In this document: piece by piece, positions 1-11,425 of the stretch
Layout: the number at the start of each line of letters is the position of its first letter
Position numbering within the stretch: position 1 is the first letter of the stretch
Assembly: GCA_002269645.1 (NCBI GenBank)
Contig: NIVC01000772.1
Location: 1 to 64,000 of the forward strand
Length of the DNA: 64,000 nt
Direction: 5' to 3'
Origin: Macrostomum lignano
Taxonomy: Eukaryota
Notes under the pieces: model-generated
Databases searched by the model: none
What the model was told of the DNA's origin: nothing
What the model saw: only the letters and a program-made list of their open reading frames with translations
Program-made: the position numbers and the translations under genes

Positions 1-103
1 GTTTATGTGGAAATGCATTTGTGGAAGTACACCGCATGTGCTGTAGTACGCACTAGGCGAGACGCCAAAACTTCGGTTTTTAGTAAAGTGCAGTAAATGC
101 ATC

Positions 104-463
104 GTAGCACGATATTTATATGCAGTTCATCGAGGGCACTGTAAATAGGGGGAAGGAGATCGGTACATCCATTACACTACTGTCTTAAATGCTGCGTCGA
201 AATGCGACAGATGTATAGCTGTGCAAGATAAGACGTGCGTGGGAGACATGGAAACAAGAAAGGATGACCGGTATGTCAAAAGTAATATATATGGAGAAAA
301 ACTGGCACTGTTGCTGTGCGCACGTGGCAGGACGCCAAAACCGCACTGTCATACTGTACAGTAAATGCATAAATGCAAGGTAGCACGATATTTATATGCA
401 GTTCATCGAGGGCACTGTAAATAGGGGGAAGGAGATCGGTACATCCATTACACTACTGTCTTA
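104..463. repeat. 84-bp direct repeat pair (104-187 and 380-463)
   Basis: GTAGCACGATATTTATATGCAGTTCATCGAGGGCACTG...CACTACTGTCTTA occurs twice. Confidence 0.9.
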
Positions 464-480
464 TGCTCACGTCATCACTG

Positions 481-2660
481 TCACCGCCCCATATTGGCTA
501 GCTCCGGCAAATCAATGCGCAGATGAATGTCACGATTTTTGTTCACGACGGCAGCGGCGTGGTGCCACATTTCAATGTTACTCGTGGGCAGTTCCGTCCA
601 ACGGATGTAAACTTCCAACAGGCTCGGGCATTCCCTGGCCAGCAGCGTCAGACAGTCCGGCGTAACGGCGGTGCCATCGAGCCACAGCCAGTTAAGGCTG
701 GTCGCGACGGAACAGGTGCACAGACGCGATAGACTGCCATCGTCGAGGCTGGGGCAGTTTGCGAGCGTCAGTTCGAGCATTGCAGCAGAGGCGTGGTCGG
801 CTGGACGAATACCTGCAGGAGGGAGAGTCTCCCAGGCTTTGCCCGTCACCAGCCGACAGTCCAACAAGTGCAGGCACTGCAGCTGTGGCAGCGTGAGTAA
901 CAGACAGGCCACGAGACTGTCGTCGCAGGCGGGCCACGAGATAGTCACGTGAGTCAGGCCTGCGTACGGATGGAGAAGTGTACATAGTAGCGTCCAGTGT
1001 GCAGTGTGTAGGTCTAGAGCGGAGGCGTGCGCACCATACAGGATGAACATGCATGCCTCATAAAGACTAAGACTAACGTCACGTGCATGCACATTTGTGC
1101 GTCAAATGTAATATGCACCACACTCACCACGACATCCGCCGAGAGCGGTCGCGAATGCAGGCTCACCGACCCTGATCCCGCAAGCTTCGTCGGTGGGCGT
1201 GACGTAAAGCTGCAGCACTCGTAGCGACGGAGGTAGCCGAGTGCCACGGAAAACGTCGGCAGACCCGGCTGGCGCGTCCGGACTGGCAGCTATCTGGTAT
1301 CTCAGCCGCGTCAAGTCGGGCAGCTCCTGGCAGGCCAACCGGAAGCCCTCCGCGCCCAGACTGAGGCAGTGGACGAGGCTTAGGCTTTGGAGCCCAGGCC
1401 AGCACTTCAGCAGTTGCCGCAGGCCCCACACGGTCAGCTTGTCGCCTGCGTCCAGATGCAGGTGACGCAGGTTGGCGCCCTTGAGGCCGACTCGTGCAGC
1501 AATTTGACCGGCGATGGCATCCGTGACGACCTGGCTGTGCACGGTCAAGCGCTGTAGCTGGTCTCCCTGCCCGCTGATGATGTCGAGCAGCACTGAGAGA
1601 TAAGGAAGGGTGCATTTCGTCGTTAAAACGCATTCATTATTTAGAAAGAAATTAATGGTTGCACACAATTCCCGGAGAAGGCCTATACGTAATTACTAAG
1701 CCCACTACGAAGTGACTATTTTTAAATGGATTGTAACAACATGCCTCGTGTAGCCCTGGCCGGAGACGGGGATGCCGGCGGGTCTAGGGTGACCTCACGC
1801 AGCCGGGTGAAGCGGCACCAGCCTGTAGCGATGGCCGCTGCTACGGGACCAGCTGAAGTGGCAAGCATGTCTGCGCGGACATGCAACACCTGTAGGAATG
1901 CCGGAGAAGGGGGGGGTGAAGTTAATAATATTAATACATAGACAGCCATCTCGACTAAAAGGACTGTGCCATGTGACATGAGAACGTATGTGACATGGGT
2001 CATATGACCTTACTGTTTGAGCAATTATACATGCCGTATTACCTGTATGCGGCCCAGCAGTCGGCAAAAGGGTGCAGCGCACTGTGCGACGTCGCCACCA
2101 AAGATTTCCTCGCCGTCTGTCAACAGCTCCAGCTTCTCCAGTCTGGGACAACCGTCGCTCAGACTGGCCAGCGCCTCCGGGTTGAAGATGCCTGGGCATT
2201 CTGCCAATGATAGCTCCCGCAGTTGTAGGCAACTGCGACCAGCCACCGTGAGGAGGTTTGGGCCGCCGGTGTACTGGCCCATGTCCAGCAGGCGGAGCGT
2301 ACGCAGCTCGCCGCAGCGCAGAAGGAGCGTGGCAGCGCGGTCGATGGCGATCGCGCTAGGCGGCTCGAACACGGTGCCCAAATCTAACTCTTTCGCCGCC
2401 GTCGCCAAGGTCATGAGCCGTGCCGCTGTGCTGTAGTCGTCCAGTGCAGTGGCGGTGACAGGCAGTCTCTCCCACAACACTGGTGCGCGGACGACGTCTG
2501 CCCAACGGCGGCATACTTGTGCGCACACCAGCCGAGTGGGTACCGTGAGGTGCTGCAACACCTGCATGAGCAACTCCGACGGCAGCACGTCAATGGTAGG
2601 TGGGGCACGGCCGGTCGATGACTGCATCGCTCGGCAGTTCGGCGGAGCTGTAATCCACAT
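481..2660 (-). CDS. F-box/leucine-rich-repeat protein (FBXL-like), about 568 aa, 4 exons
   Basis: F-box motif LPSELLMQVLQHLTVPTRLVCAQVCRRWADVV followed by repeats such as LRELSLAECPGI, LQSLSLVHCLSL and LELTLANCPSLDD. Phase-consistent exons are 2660-2043, 1889-1745, 1592-1128 and 959-481. The intron 2 donor would be GC and the start codon is uncertain. Confidence 0.85.
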
Positions 2661-3562
2661 GCGAGGGACGGGGTTCAAATAAACTTGATTACTGTATTAA
2701 TGCAGTACTGCAGTAATGGATTAATGCAGTACCGTAAGTTGTACGGTAGGTTCATGTGCAGTTCAGCTTTTGTTGTTGTTGCTTTTAGGGAGAAGTCGTA
2801 CGAGAAAATGGAGCAATTCCTGTACTAATTTGTAGTAGTAGTAGTTGTTGTTGTTTCTGCACAATATGTTTTACACTATATTCGAAGACATGCAAAACAT
2901 GGACAGCTGCCGTATACCGTGCAAGAGAAACAAGGAATAGGAAGTTCCGTGAAGTCGTTTCAATTCTTAAAATAACGAGACGTGCAGCAGGTGAAGTAGA
3001 GTGAACAGCGGTTGGGAGCGGTGTATTTAACAGACAGTACAAGAATAGTATAAGTAACCCAAACAAAAGTTTACAGACAGTAATATTACGTAATAGTATA
3101 GGCACTTATGCACTACATACAGCACATCGCTATATACACAATAATAACATTCTTATACTAGCTGCAGTATTCATGCCACACTATATACAACGTTGTTATA
3201 TGCTAACAATATTCTTTCCTTCGAAATGCAATCTAGCCAGCAGGCCTAAAGCAGACAAAAACCAAAGCTAAGCCCCTGCACACAGGCCTACAGTGGACAG
3301 ATTATGAACAGTTAATGACTTTTCCTTTTCCCTTGTCTCTTTCATGGCCTTCCCCGTACTTCCAGATGTCACAATGCAACAAGTCAAACAAAAGCATTAA
3401 GAAGAGACAGCAGAGAGGCCGACAGCAGAAGCAGGTGATGACAGTAGTCGTCCGGAAGGCAGTTGTGGTGGCCTGGGGTCTGGCGGGACGGCTCCCCGGG
3501 CTACCCCTGCTTTAGAGGAGCTCCAACTCCTACCCGCAACCCCTGACTGCTCTTTATCTCTT

Positions 3563-3564
<2 letters not shown>

Positions 3565-3606
<42 letters not shown>
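3565..3606. repeat. (TC)n microsatellite
   Basis: Direct reading of the sequence. Confidence 0.95.
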
Positions 3607-3608
<2 letters not shown>

Positions 3609-3758
3609 TCTTCATCCCAAGACCCAGCCGCTCTTCCCGAGACCCAGACCCGGCCACTACGGCCCCAAGACCCAAGACCCAGCCCCCATGCCTGCTGAGG
3701 CCTGTTCTAGTGCGTTACTCACTGTTGGACTTGAGGGGGCCGAGACCCCATAAATATA

Positions 3759-4140
3759 CTAGCCTTGGGAGCCTTCGCTCCCAAGGTTCGTCTCTCTCTG
3801 TTTGTGCCCATGCATCGGGAAGCCATTTCCCCTCTGGCGATACTGCCTTAGAATCCTACCGTGTTCCGACTTCATACACAAGTCATGAAAGCAGTCCTGC
3901 AGAACGATGGGCGCATAGGCAATCAGCCATATTTCGGATTCGTGCCCACGGAACTTCTTCAGCTCGCGCAGTGTGCGCGTTCCACGCAGTTCAACGCTAC
4001 GGAATCCGCCCTGCAGGGCAGATTCAGACCCAAGAATCTGCCCTGCACAGCAGATTCCTTTTAGGCAGAAAAAATTCAATGGAATCCGCGACGATTCCAC
4101 AAGGAATCGCACCAGGAATCCGTCATATTTCCCAGCGGGA
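3759..4140 (-). mobile_element. Putative non-autonomous Helitron-like element, 382 bp
   Basis: On the minus strand it begins A|TC (4140) and ends with a perfect 10-bp hairpin (CCTTGGGAGC-GAAG-GCTCCCAAGG, 3763-3786) immediately followed by CTAG|T (3759), i.e. an insertion between A and T with no TSD. Internal GGAATC/GATTCC repeats lie near the 5' end. Confidence 0.55.
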
Positions 4141-4614
4141 TATAGGGGACAGATATATCTATAGACATGTAGCTACGGATCACTGGTAGATACTTGCCAT
4201 TGTCTGAGTAAATATAATATGCAGACGTACAAAAGGCGTAAACTAAGAGGTACGATAAAGTACGATAAAGAGGTACGATTAAAGAGGTACGATAGACAGC
4301 TGATGAAAGTTACACATCTTCGTGCATATTACGTTGTCATATATATATACTCGTCCTTGAAGGTGGCCATTGGAAATACAGATCGAGAAAAGTGACAAAC
4401 ATGGCTAAATATATGCACAGAATAGAAGCAGTGCCGATCAGGGACAGCAGCAGCGGAGGTGTACACACTGATCTACACACTTGTCCTCGTCGGAGTAAAT
4501 GTGAGAATACGGGATGGACAGAAGTCGGGCTGCGGACAGTCGGAGACACTAGACATGGATTGCAGTTGTCTGACACACTTGTTCGGCAAATCTTCGGCAC
4601 TTGCCGCCCGCCCA

Positions 4615-7600
4615 CTAGGCGGCGAAGGAGGTTTGCACGTGCGGGAGGAAAGCTATGTGGGTGTCAGTTACACAGCATGTGCCAAGCACGTCCACCACGG
4701 GGAGACAGAAGTGCATGCCGCCGATGTCGCCGAATGGGTTGTCGACGACGCGCTGAATGTGCCTCAGTCGGCAGCCGTCGTTCTGTGCGACGCCCGAGAT
4801 GTAGTATTCCGGGTCCAGAAGGCAGACGGTACGAAGGCGACGCACCATCAGGATTGCAGTCCCGCGGGTGGGGGACCTGCGGATGGCGTCGACGCGACCG
4901 AAAGCCAGTTGGACACCGTCGTCACTGGCGGCGAAGGCGACGAAGCAGCACAGGGACCGCTGGTGCTGTAGCGCGGGCAAGTAGCGCTCAATGCGCCATC
5001 CGTTGGTCAACAGAGCCCAGCGGAACTCGTCGTCATGTAGCTTGGTGTACACCCTGGTCCCGTCGGCCATGGTCTCTTGGACACCCTGAAGGAATCCACG
5101 GGCCGCAAAGGGCGAGGCCAGGCCCAACTGGTGCATGACGGCACGCCTGCTGAATTGCCGTCTGATGGCAGAGTGCACCTGAGTGAAATGAAGGGTGGGA
5201 GGCGCCCGTTGCAAGTTAGGTAACGGTCTGATGCAGCAACGCAAGCCCTCGGAGGGGAACATGGTATCAAGGGGGAACCTTTGTAATTATATATACCACG
5301 ATAACCCAGGGGTGGGTTTCTAGTGCGATACAAGAGTGGGCATCCTGCATACGTACTGACTACTAGTGAGTAGAATATAGAGGCGTAGATGCCATTATAC
5401 TATATTTTTCTAATTAGAGAAAAGGGTCTCTCTGCGTACCTGATCACCGACGAACCTGGCGCCCTTGACGCGCGTTTTGAGGCCGTAGTGCAGAGACTCG
5501 AACAGGCCGGCGGAGGTGCGCCACACGGGTCCGAAGAGAAAGGCTGCGGGAACGAGGTGCTCACAGACCTGGTGGGCATTGTAGGTCATGGCGGCCGGCG
5601 AAAACCCATCCTTCAGGCTGGCGTAGAATACTCGCAGGGTCTTCGCTGCACGAGTAACTTCCGTCAGCGGGCAGTTCTCCAGAGACAGCCAGAAGATGGA
5701 AGAGGACAGGAGCAGCAGTTGATTGTAATAGAACGGTCCCAGCGTGTCGCCGAGAACCATGGGGCCGTACACCAACAGCCAGCACTCAAATTCGTGCCCG
5801 CGGAAGTGGCCGAGGTCCGCCAGGGTGCGAGGGCCCCGCTGGTGCGACGCAGGCACTCGAATACTGGCCGCCTTGGCGTCCACTTCAGCCACATGGCGGG
5901 ACAAGTCCGGGTTCTCGGCCATCTTGTCAGGTCGCTTGCCGACGGGCAGAAAGTGCTGCCGCAGCAGCCAACCGACAACGCCGACGAGGCACTGATGGAG
6001 GTAGCAGGGCGGGCAGGAGGTGATGAAGTCGAAGCCCTGCAGCCGATGAAGAGGAGACAGCCTGACGACGCCGAGGTTGTGGCCTGCGCCCGCCGGAATC
6101 GTGGTCGCCAGGAGGATGGTGTCCTGCAATGCCCGGTACCGCGGCCGTGTGCAACCGGCGTCGGATGCTGCTTGCAGCGCGTCGGCCGAAAGCTCGCATG
6201 GGAAAATGCGCGCATTTCCTCCGCGGTCGGCATCATGGAGAGTCACGGTGTAACAGTGATCGCAGCCGTACACTGCTGAGCAGTGCTGTAACCCAGTCAC
6301 CTCAACCCTCTGAGGCGCGTCAAGCACGAAGAGGAGCGGATGGAAGCGGATGCAGCCGCCACGCGTGCCGTCTCGTCCACCACCTGTGCGGAACATAACA
6401 CCCTCGATGCGAAGGCTGTTCAGCTGGGCCACCAGCCACGGCAGGAAGGCGTCCACGCTCACCTTGTTCCTGCAGGCCCACAGAGCGCAGACCACCGTGA
6501 AGCGCGCTCGCATGTGGTCGGGGACCTCATTCACGGTAAGGTACACGGGGCAGATGTTGTACACCGCCCGGCTGAACACGGAAAATGCATCGATGTTGAC
6601 CGTGACCGTCAGATCTGAGCGAGCGGCCTTGTCAATGAGGTGCGTAAAGGCCGAGTATGCCGTGCTTTGCCACAAGCTCAGACCACCCGGCCGCCGCGTG
6701 ACGTCCGCGGGGAAGGAGACGACCGACAACAGGCCGCAGCGCTCAATGAGCTGCCGTAGCTGGGCTCGCACATCCATCCGCCAGACCTTGGCGACGCGGT
6801 CCACTGACGAAAACTGCTTTCCGCAGGGTTCGCAGGTCAGTGGAAGGGCCTCCTCCACCAGGGGCCGGCTGCACCTAGGACAAAAAAGAAGTCGTTCGGA
6901 GCGCAGGGAGTTGCAGGACTCCAGAAACCGTCGCAGGCGGTACGGGTTGTCGGCAAACACGGCGTCTGGGGGAAGCGCGAGCTTCGTGTAAAGCAGCAGG
7001 TCCGCCGTGGCGTTTCGCGACAACTTGTGCTTCTCGGCTAGGAGCTCTCCGTACACTGCCAAAGTGGCGTATGACAGGTGCGGCATTGTGCGATGCACCG
7101 GTTGCAGAAACCCTGGCGCGATGTGAACGACGCCGTCGTCGCCGCCATGGGCTGCCCCTTCGTCGACAGCACCGCTAGCACCGCCAGCCCCGTCGCCAGC
7201 ACCGCCAGCCCCGTCGCCAGCACCGCCATCACCGTTGACACTGTCAGCGGATTCCTCGATGACGTCGTCCCATAGCGCACCCTGGCGGATGGAAGAGAAA
7301 GGGTAGGAAGGGGAGGAAGGAGGGAATCATAACTAGATTGGTTCTAGGCAGCCGATGAACATTGCGTGCTTAAGTTTGCTGAGTGCTAACTGATATTTGC
7401 AGGCAGGATCACATCAGCCACGTATACGCACGAGTGCCAGCCTTCAACAGTACAATGCAAGCCTTACGTCATCACCGTCATCATCAGACGTCGCATCGCT
7501 GGGGTCAGGACTGCGGTCGGATCCGCGGCCAGAGGCTCCATCGGAGCTGCGGTCAGACCCACGTTCGGAGTCGCAGTCGGATCCGCGGCCAGAGGCTCCA

Positions 7601-8178
7601 TCGGAGCTGCGGTCAGACCCACGTTCGGAGCCGCAGTCGGATCCGCGGCCAGAGGCTCCATCGGAGCTGCGGTCAGACCCACGTTCGGAGCCGCAGTCGG
7701 ATCCGCGGCCAGGGGCTCTATCGGAGCTGCGGTCAGACCCACGTTCGGAGCCGCAGTCGGATCCGCGGCCAGGGGCTCTATCGGAGCTGCGGTCAGACCC
7801 ACGTTCGGAGCCGCAGTCGGATCCGCGGCCAGAGGCTCCATCGGAGCTGCGGTCAGACCCACGTTCGGAGCCGCAGTCGGATCCGCAGCCAGGGGCTCTA
7901 TCGGAGCTGCGGTCAGACCCACGTTCGGAGCCGCGGTCGGAACTGCAGTCAGAGCTAGAGCTGAAAAGCTCAGCAGGACCGTCAGATGAGGCAACACCAC
8001 CGGCATCGTCCTCGTCATGGTTAGCTGCACCTTGCATCGAACTAGATGCTGCGGCTTGGCCAAACTGCAGCACACGCATGCACTTACTTGCAGCTGCAGC
8101 TGCACGCCGATCGGACCGACAGACTGCCTCCAGCTTTCTCTTACGGTCGCGCGCTTTGATATGTTTGGCAAAGTCCAT
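4615..8178 (-). CDS. CMC/CACTA-type DDE transposase, about 1038 aa, 3 exons
   Basis: Exons 8178-7468, 7281-5440 and 5178-4615 are all phase 0 with GT-AG introns. Motifs: N-terminal basic patch RDRKRKL, CPRC...CEPC finger, NIDAF (D), VLDAP (D), YGCDHC, CYLH, FRGHEFECWLL, YNAHQVCEHL and FES (E). Confidence 0.9.
7513..7945. repeat. 60-bp exonic tandem repeat (about 7 copies) in transposase exon 1
   Basis: Unit GAGCCGCAGTCGGATCCGCGGCCAGAGGCTCCATCGGAGCTGCGGTCAGACCCACGTTCG; read on the minus strand it encodes SDCGSERGSDRSSDGASGRG. Confidence 0.95.
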
Positions 8179-8465
8179 TGCCACGAAGACTTTTGGCAGC
8201 TGGCTGAAATGCGCTAGAGGATATGCGCATGGGAGACATGTCAGATGGTATTGCGAAACTACAGCTTTAAAAAATATCCATGTTGTTGGATTGTCTTTCA
8301 AGTTGTCTAAAGCCATACGTATCATCAATACATGCTCTATGCCCCATGCTCCTATGCTCTAGATCTATACATGCCATTAGAACACCCTTTCTACTGAGAC
8401 AGTCCCAGTCCCGTTCAGGACCCAAGTGTATGATGTAAAAGCTGTATTGCATAAGTCTTACTGTC

Positions 8466-8655
8466 AAAGTCTCACAAAGTCCTACGAAGAGTCACACAAA
8501 GTCCTACAAAGTCTCACAAAGTCCTACAAAGAGTCTCACAAAGTCCTACAAAGAGTCTCACAAAGTCCTACAAAGAGTCACACAAAGTCCTACAAGGGGC
8601 TACAAAATCCTACAAACAGAACTACCACAAAGTCGTACAAACTGTTACAAAGTCA
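8466..8655. repeat. Degenerate ~22-bp minisatellite CACAAAGTCCTACAAAGAGTCT upstream of the transposase
   Basis: Direct reading of the sequence. Confidence 0.85.
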
Positions 8656-8929
8656 TGTCGGTAGTAGCCTTTGCTCACAACCTGAATTCATGGCAATATC
8701 TGCTACATCTCTGTACGACTTCTATCCGCCAATGCCGTATAACGTTTGCAACAAAATCAATGAAGGGTCGCTATGAATCGAAACGTCGCATATTGAAGCG
8801 TGGGCTTTGTTGGATACTTTAGCCAATGCAGTTCCTGATTTATTTTGTGTGGGACACTTTTGCCAAAATAGCATGAAATTAGACGCATAGAAAATTAAGA
8901 GAACATGGGGACAGATAAAGACATATCGA

Positions 8930-9180
8930 CAGTGCCGACGGGTAGTGCCGACGAGCAGTGCCGACGGGTAGTGCCGACATGTCGGCACTACTGGGCAGTG
9001 CCGACGAGCAGTGCCGACGGGTAGTGCCGACGGGCAGTACCGACGGGTAGTGCCGACAGTCGGCACTACCCGGTCGGCACTCAGTGCCGATACTGAGTGC
9101 CGATCGGCAGTCAAATCGACCCTGACTGCCGACAGGCAGTGCCGATCGGCACTCGGAGTGCCGACGGATTTTCAATCGGG
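8930..9180. repeat. Subterminal repeats and terminal sequence of the CACTA-like element
   Basis: More than 15 copies of AGTGCCGA(C) and its reverse complement GTCGGCACT in direct and inverted orientation, stopping at 9180. Confidence 0.8.
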
Positions 9181-9872
9181 CTGACGATGTGAGCTAAATT
9201 TGACCATGTGAAATGAAAATTTGGCGAAATAGCGCTTATGGCACTTGATGCAGGAGCTGAGACTGGCTGACAGATGATCTCGGGCCCACGTCCCTGAGTT
9301 CGATTTCTGTGCCAAAAGGCCACATTTAATATTGAATAATTTTGAGTTCATCAACGGTAATTTAAACCCTAAAAACATATACAGCATTGGGTCTGGCTTC
9401 AATCAGAAGCAATTAGAAATTTTGTGCTGAATTTTGTGCTGAATTTTGTGTGGAATCGAACTAGGGGTCGTTGTGCGAGAGTCAGTGTTTATCACAGAGC
9501 TGCTCTGCCCCCCCCCTAAGTAACTAGTTATGTATCAATTTTTCTAAATTTAATTTACGCTTAATTAACATTTCCTATGGGCCTCTGATTTTTCTGAAGC
9601 TTTGCAACTGCAATTCCTCTTTTTGCAGTTTTTCTACCGCGACATACAGGTAGTGGATAATAACACTAGGAGCAACAGACACTATATGATTCTGAACAAC
9701 ACAGGGCACTATGAGCGACTCACGCAGTATTTGGCTGACAATAAGGCAATTTTTGGCGGAGTTATTGAGTCAGCCAAATGTTCTGACAGAGTCAGGTGAG
9801 GTCTGTTTTAGATTTTTTAATTTCAAAGCTGTACTCTAGTTTCTTAATCCCATGTTTTGTCAGTTCCTTTTT

Positions 9873-11425
9873 CCCTAGTTCCCTACTTACCTAGTTCCCT
9901 AGTTCCCTAGTTCCCTAGTTCCCTAGTTCCCTAGTTCCCTACTTACCTAGTTCCCTAGTTCCCTAGTTCCCTAGTTCCCTAGTTCCCTACTTACCTAGTT
10001 CCCTAGTTCCCTAGTTCCCTAGTTCCCTAGTTCCCTACTTACCTAGTTCCCTAGTTCCCTAGTTCCCTAGTTCCTTAGCTCCCTAGTTCCTTAGTTCCCT
10101 AGTTCCCTAGTTACCTAGTTCCCTAGTTCCCTAGTTCTTTAGCTCCCTATTTCCCTATTTCCTTAGTTCCCTAGCTCTCTAGTCCTCTTATTCCCTAGTT
10201 CCCTAGTTCTCTATTTCCTTAGTTCCTTAGCTCTCTAGTCCCCTTATTCCCTAGTTCCCTAGTTCCCTAGTTCCCTAGTTCCCTAGTTCCTTAGCTCCCT
10301 AGTTCCTTAGTTCCCTAGTTCCCTAGTTCCCTAGTTTCCTAGTTCCCTAGTTCTTTAGCTCCCTATTTCCCTATTTCCTTAGTTCCCTAGCTCTCTAGTC
10401 CTCTTATTCCCTAGTTCCCTAGTTCTCTATTTCCTTAGTTCCTTAGCTCTCTAGTCCCCTTATTCCCTAGTTCCGTAGTTCCGTAGTTCCCTAGTTCCCT
10501 AGTTCCCTAGTTCCTTAGCTCCCTAGTTCCTTAGCTCCCTAGTTCCTTAGTTCCCTAGTTCCCTAGTTCTCTAGTCCCCTTATTTCCTAGTTCCCTAGTT
10601 CCCTAGTTCCCTAGTTCCCTACTTACCTAGTTCCCTAGTTCCCTAGTTCCCTAGTTCCCTACTTACCTAGTTTCCTAGTTCCCTAGTTCCCTAGTTCTCT
10701 AGTCCCCTTATTTCCTAGTTCCCTAGTTCCCTAGTTCCCTTGTCCCCTTATTCCCTAGTTCCCTAGTTCCCTAGTTCCCTAGTTCCCTACTTACCTAGTT
10801 TCCTAGTTCCCTAGTTCCCTAGTTCCCTTGTCCCCTTATTCCCTAGTTCCCTAGTTCCCTAGTTCCCTTGTCCCCTTATTCCCTAGTTCCCTAGTTCCCT
10901 AGTTCCCTTGTCCCCTTATTCCCTAGTTCCCTAGTTCCGTAGTTCCGTAGTTCCCTAGTTCCCTAGTTCCCTAGTTCCCTAGTTCCCTAGTTCCCTAGTT
11001 CCCTAGTTCCTTAGCTCCCTAGTTCCTTAGCTCCCTAGTTCCTTAGTTCCCTAGTTCCCTAGTTCTCTAGTCCCCTTATTTCCTAGTTCCCTAGTTCCCT
11101 AGTTCCCTAGTTCCCTACTTACCTAGTTCCCTAGTTCCCTAGTTCCCTAGTTCCCTAGTTCCCTACTTACCTAGTTCCCTAGTTCCCTAGTTCCCTAGTT
11201 CCCTAGTTCCCTACTTACCTAGTTCCCTAGTTCCCTAGTTCCCTAGTTCCCTAGTTCCCTACTTACCTAGTTCCCTAGTTCCCTAGTTCCCTAGTTCCCT
11301 AGTTCCCTACTTACCTAGTTCCCTAGTTCCCTAGTTCCCTAGTTCCCTAGTTCCCTAGTTCCCTAGTTCCCTACTTACCTAGTTCCCTAGTTCCCTAGTT
11401 CCCTAGTTCCGTAGTTCCCTAGTTA
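9873..11425. repeat. 8-bp satellite (CTAGTTCC)n filling a DEG/ENaC intron
   Basis: Direct reading; includes CTACTTAC and related variants. Confidence 0.97.

Larger units (their letters stand above)
1..9180 (-). mobile_element. CMC/CACTA (EnSpm-like) DNA transposon, left end outside the window or lost
   Basis: Contains a CMC-type transposase (4615-8178). A cluster of AGTGCCGAC subterminal repeats in both orientations (about 8930-9165) ends in GGATTTTCAATCGGG at 9180, which reads CCCGATTGAAAATCC on the minus strand, a CCC-type terminus as in animal EnSpm elements. I found no matching left terminus in 1-4600, so the left extent is inferred. Confidence 0.7.

Noticed and set aside
5389-8362. Plus-strand ORFs of 296, 213, 191 and 321 aa
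   Set aside because: Antisense shadows of the GC-rich transposase exons and the 60-bp repeat.
1-9180. Bacterial contamination or prophage
   Set aside because: Both genes have spliceosomal introns and the segment is contiguous with host intron sequence. Horizontal origin of the element is not excluded but cannot be shown here.
9465-9487. CACTG-starting sequence as a CACTA terminus
   Set aside because: No adjacent subterminal repeats, and a similar motif recurs at 12221 and 13249 in intronic sequence; 9180 is better supported.
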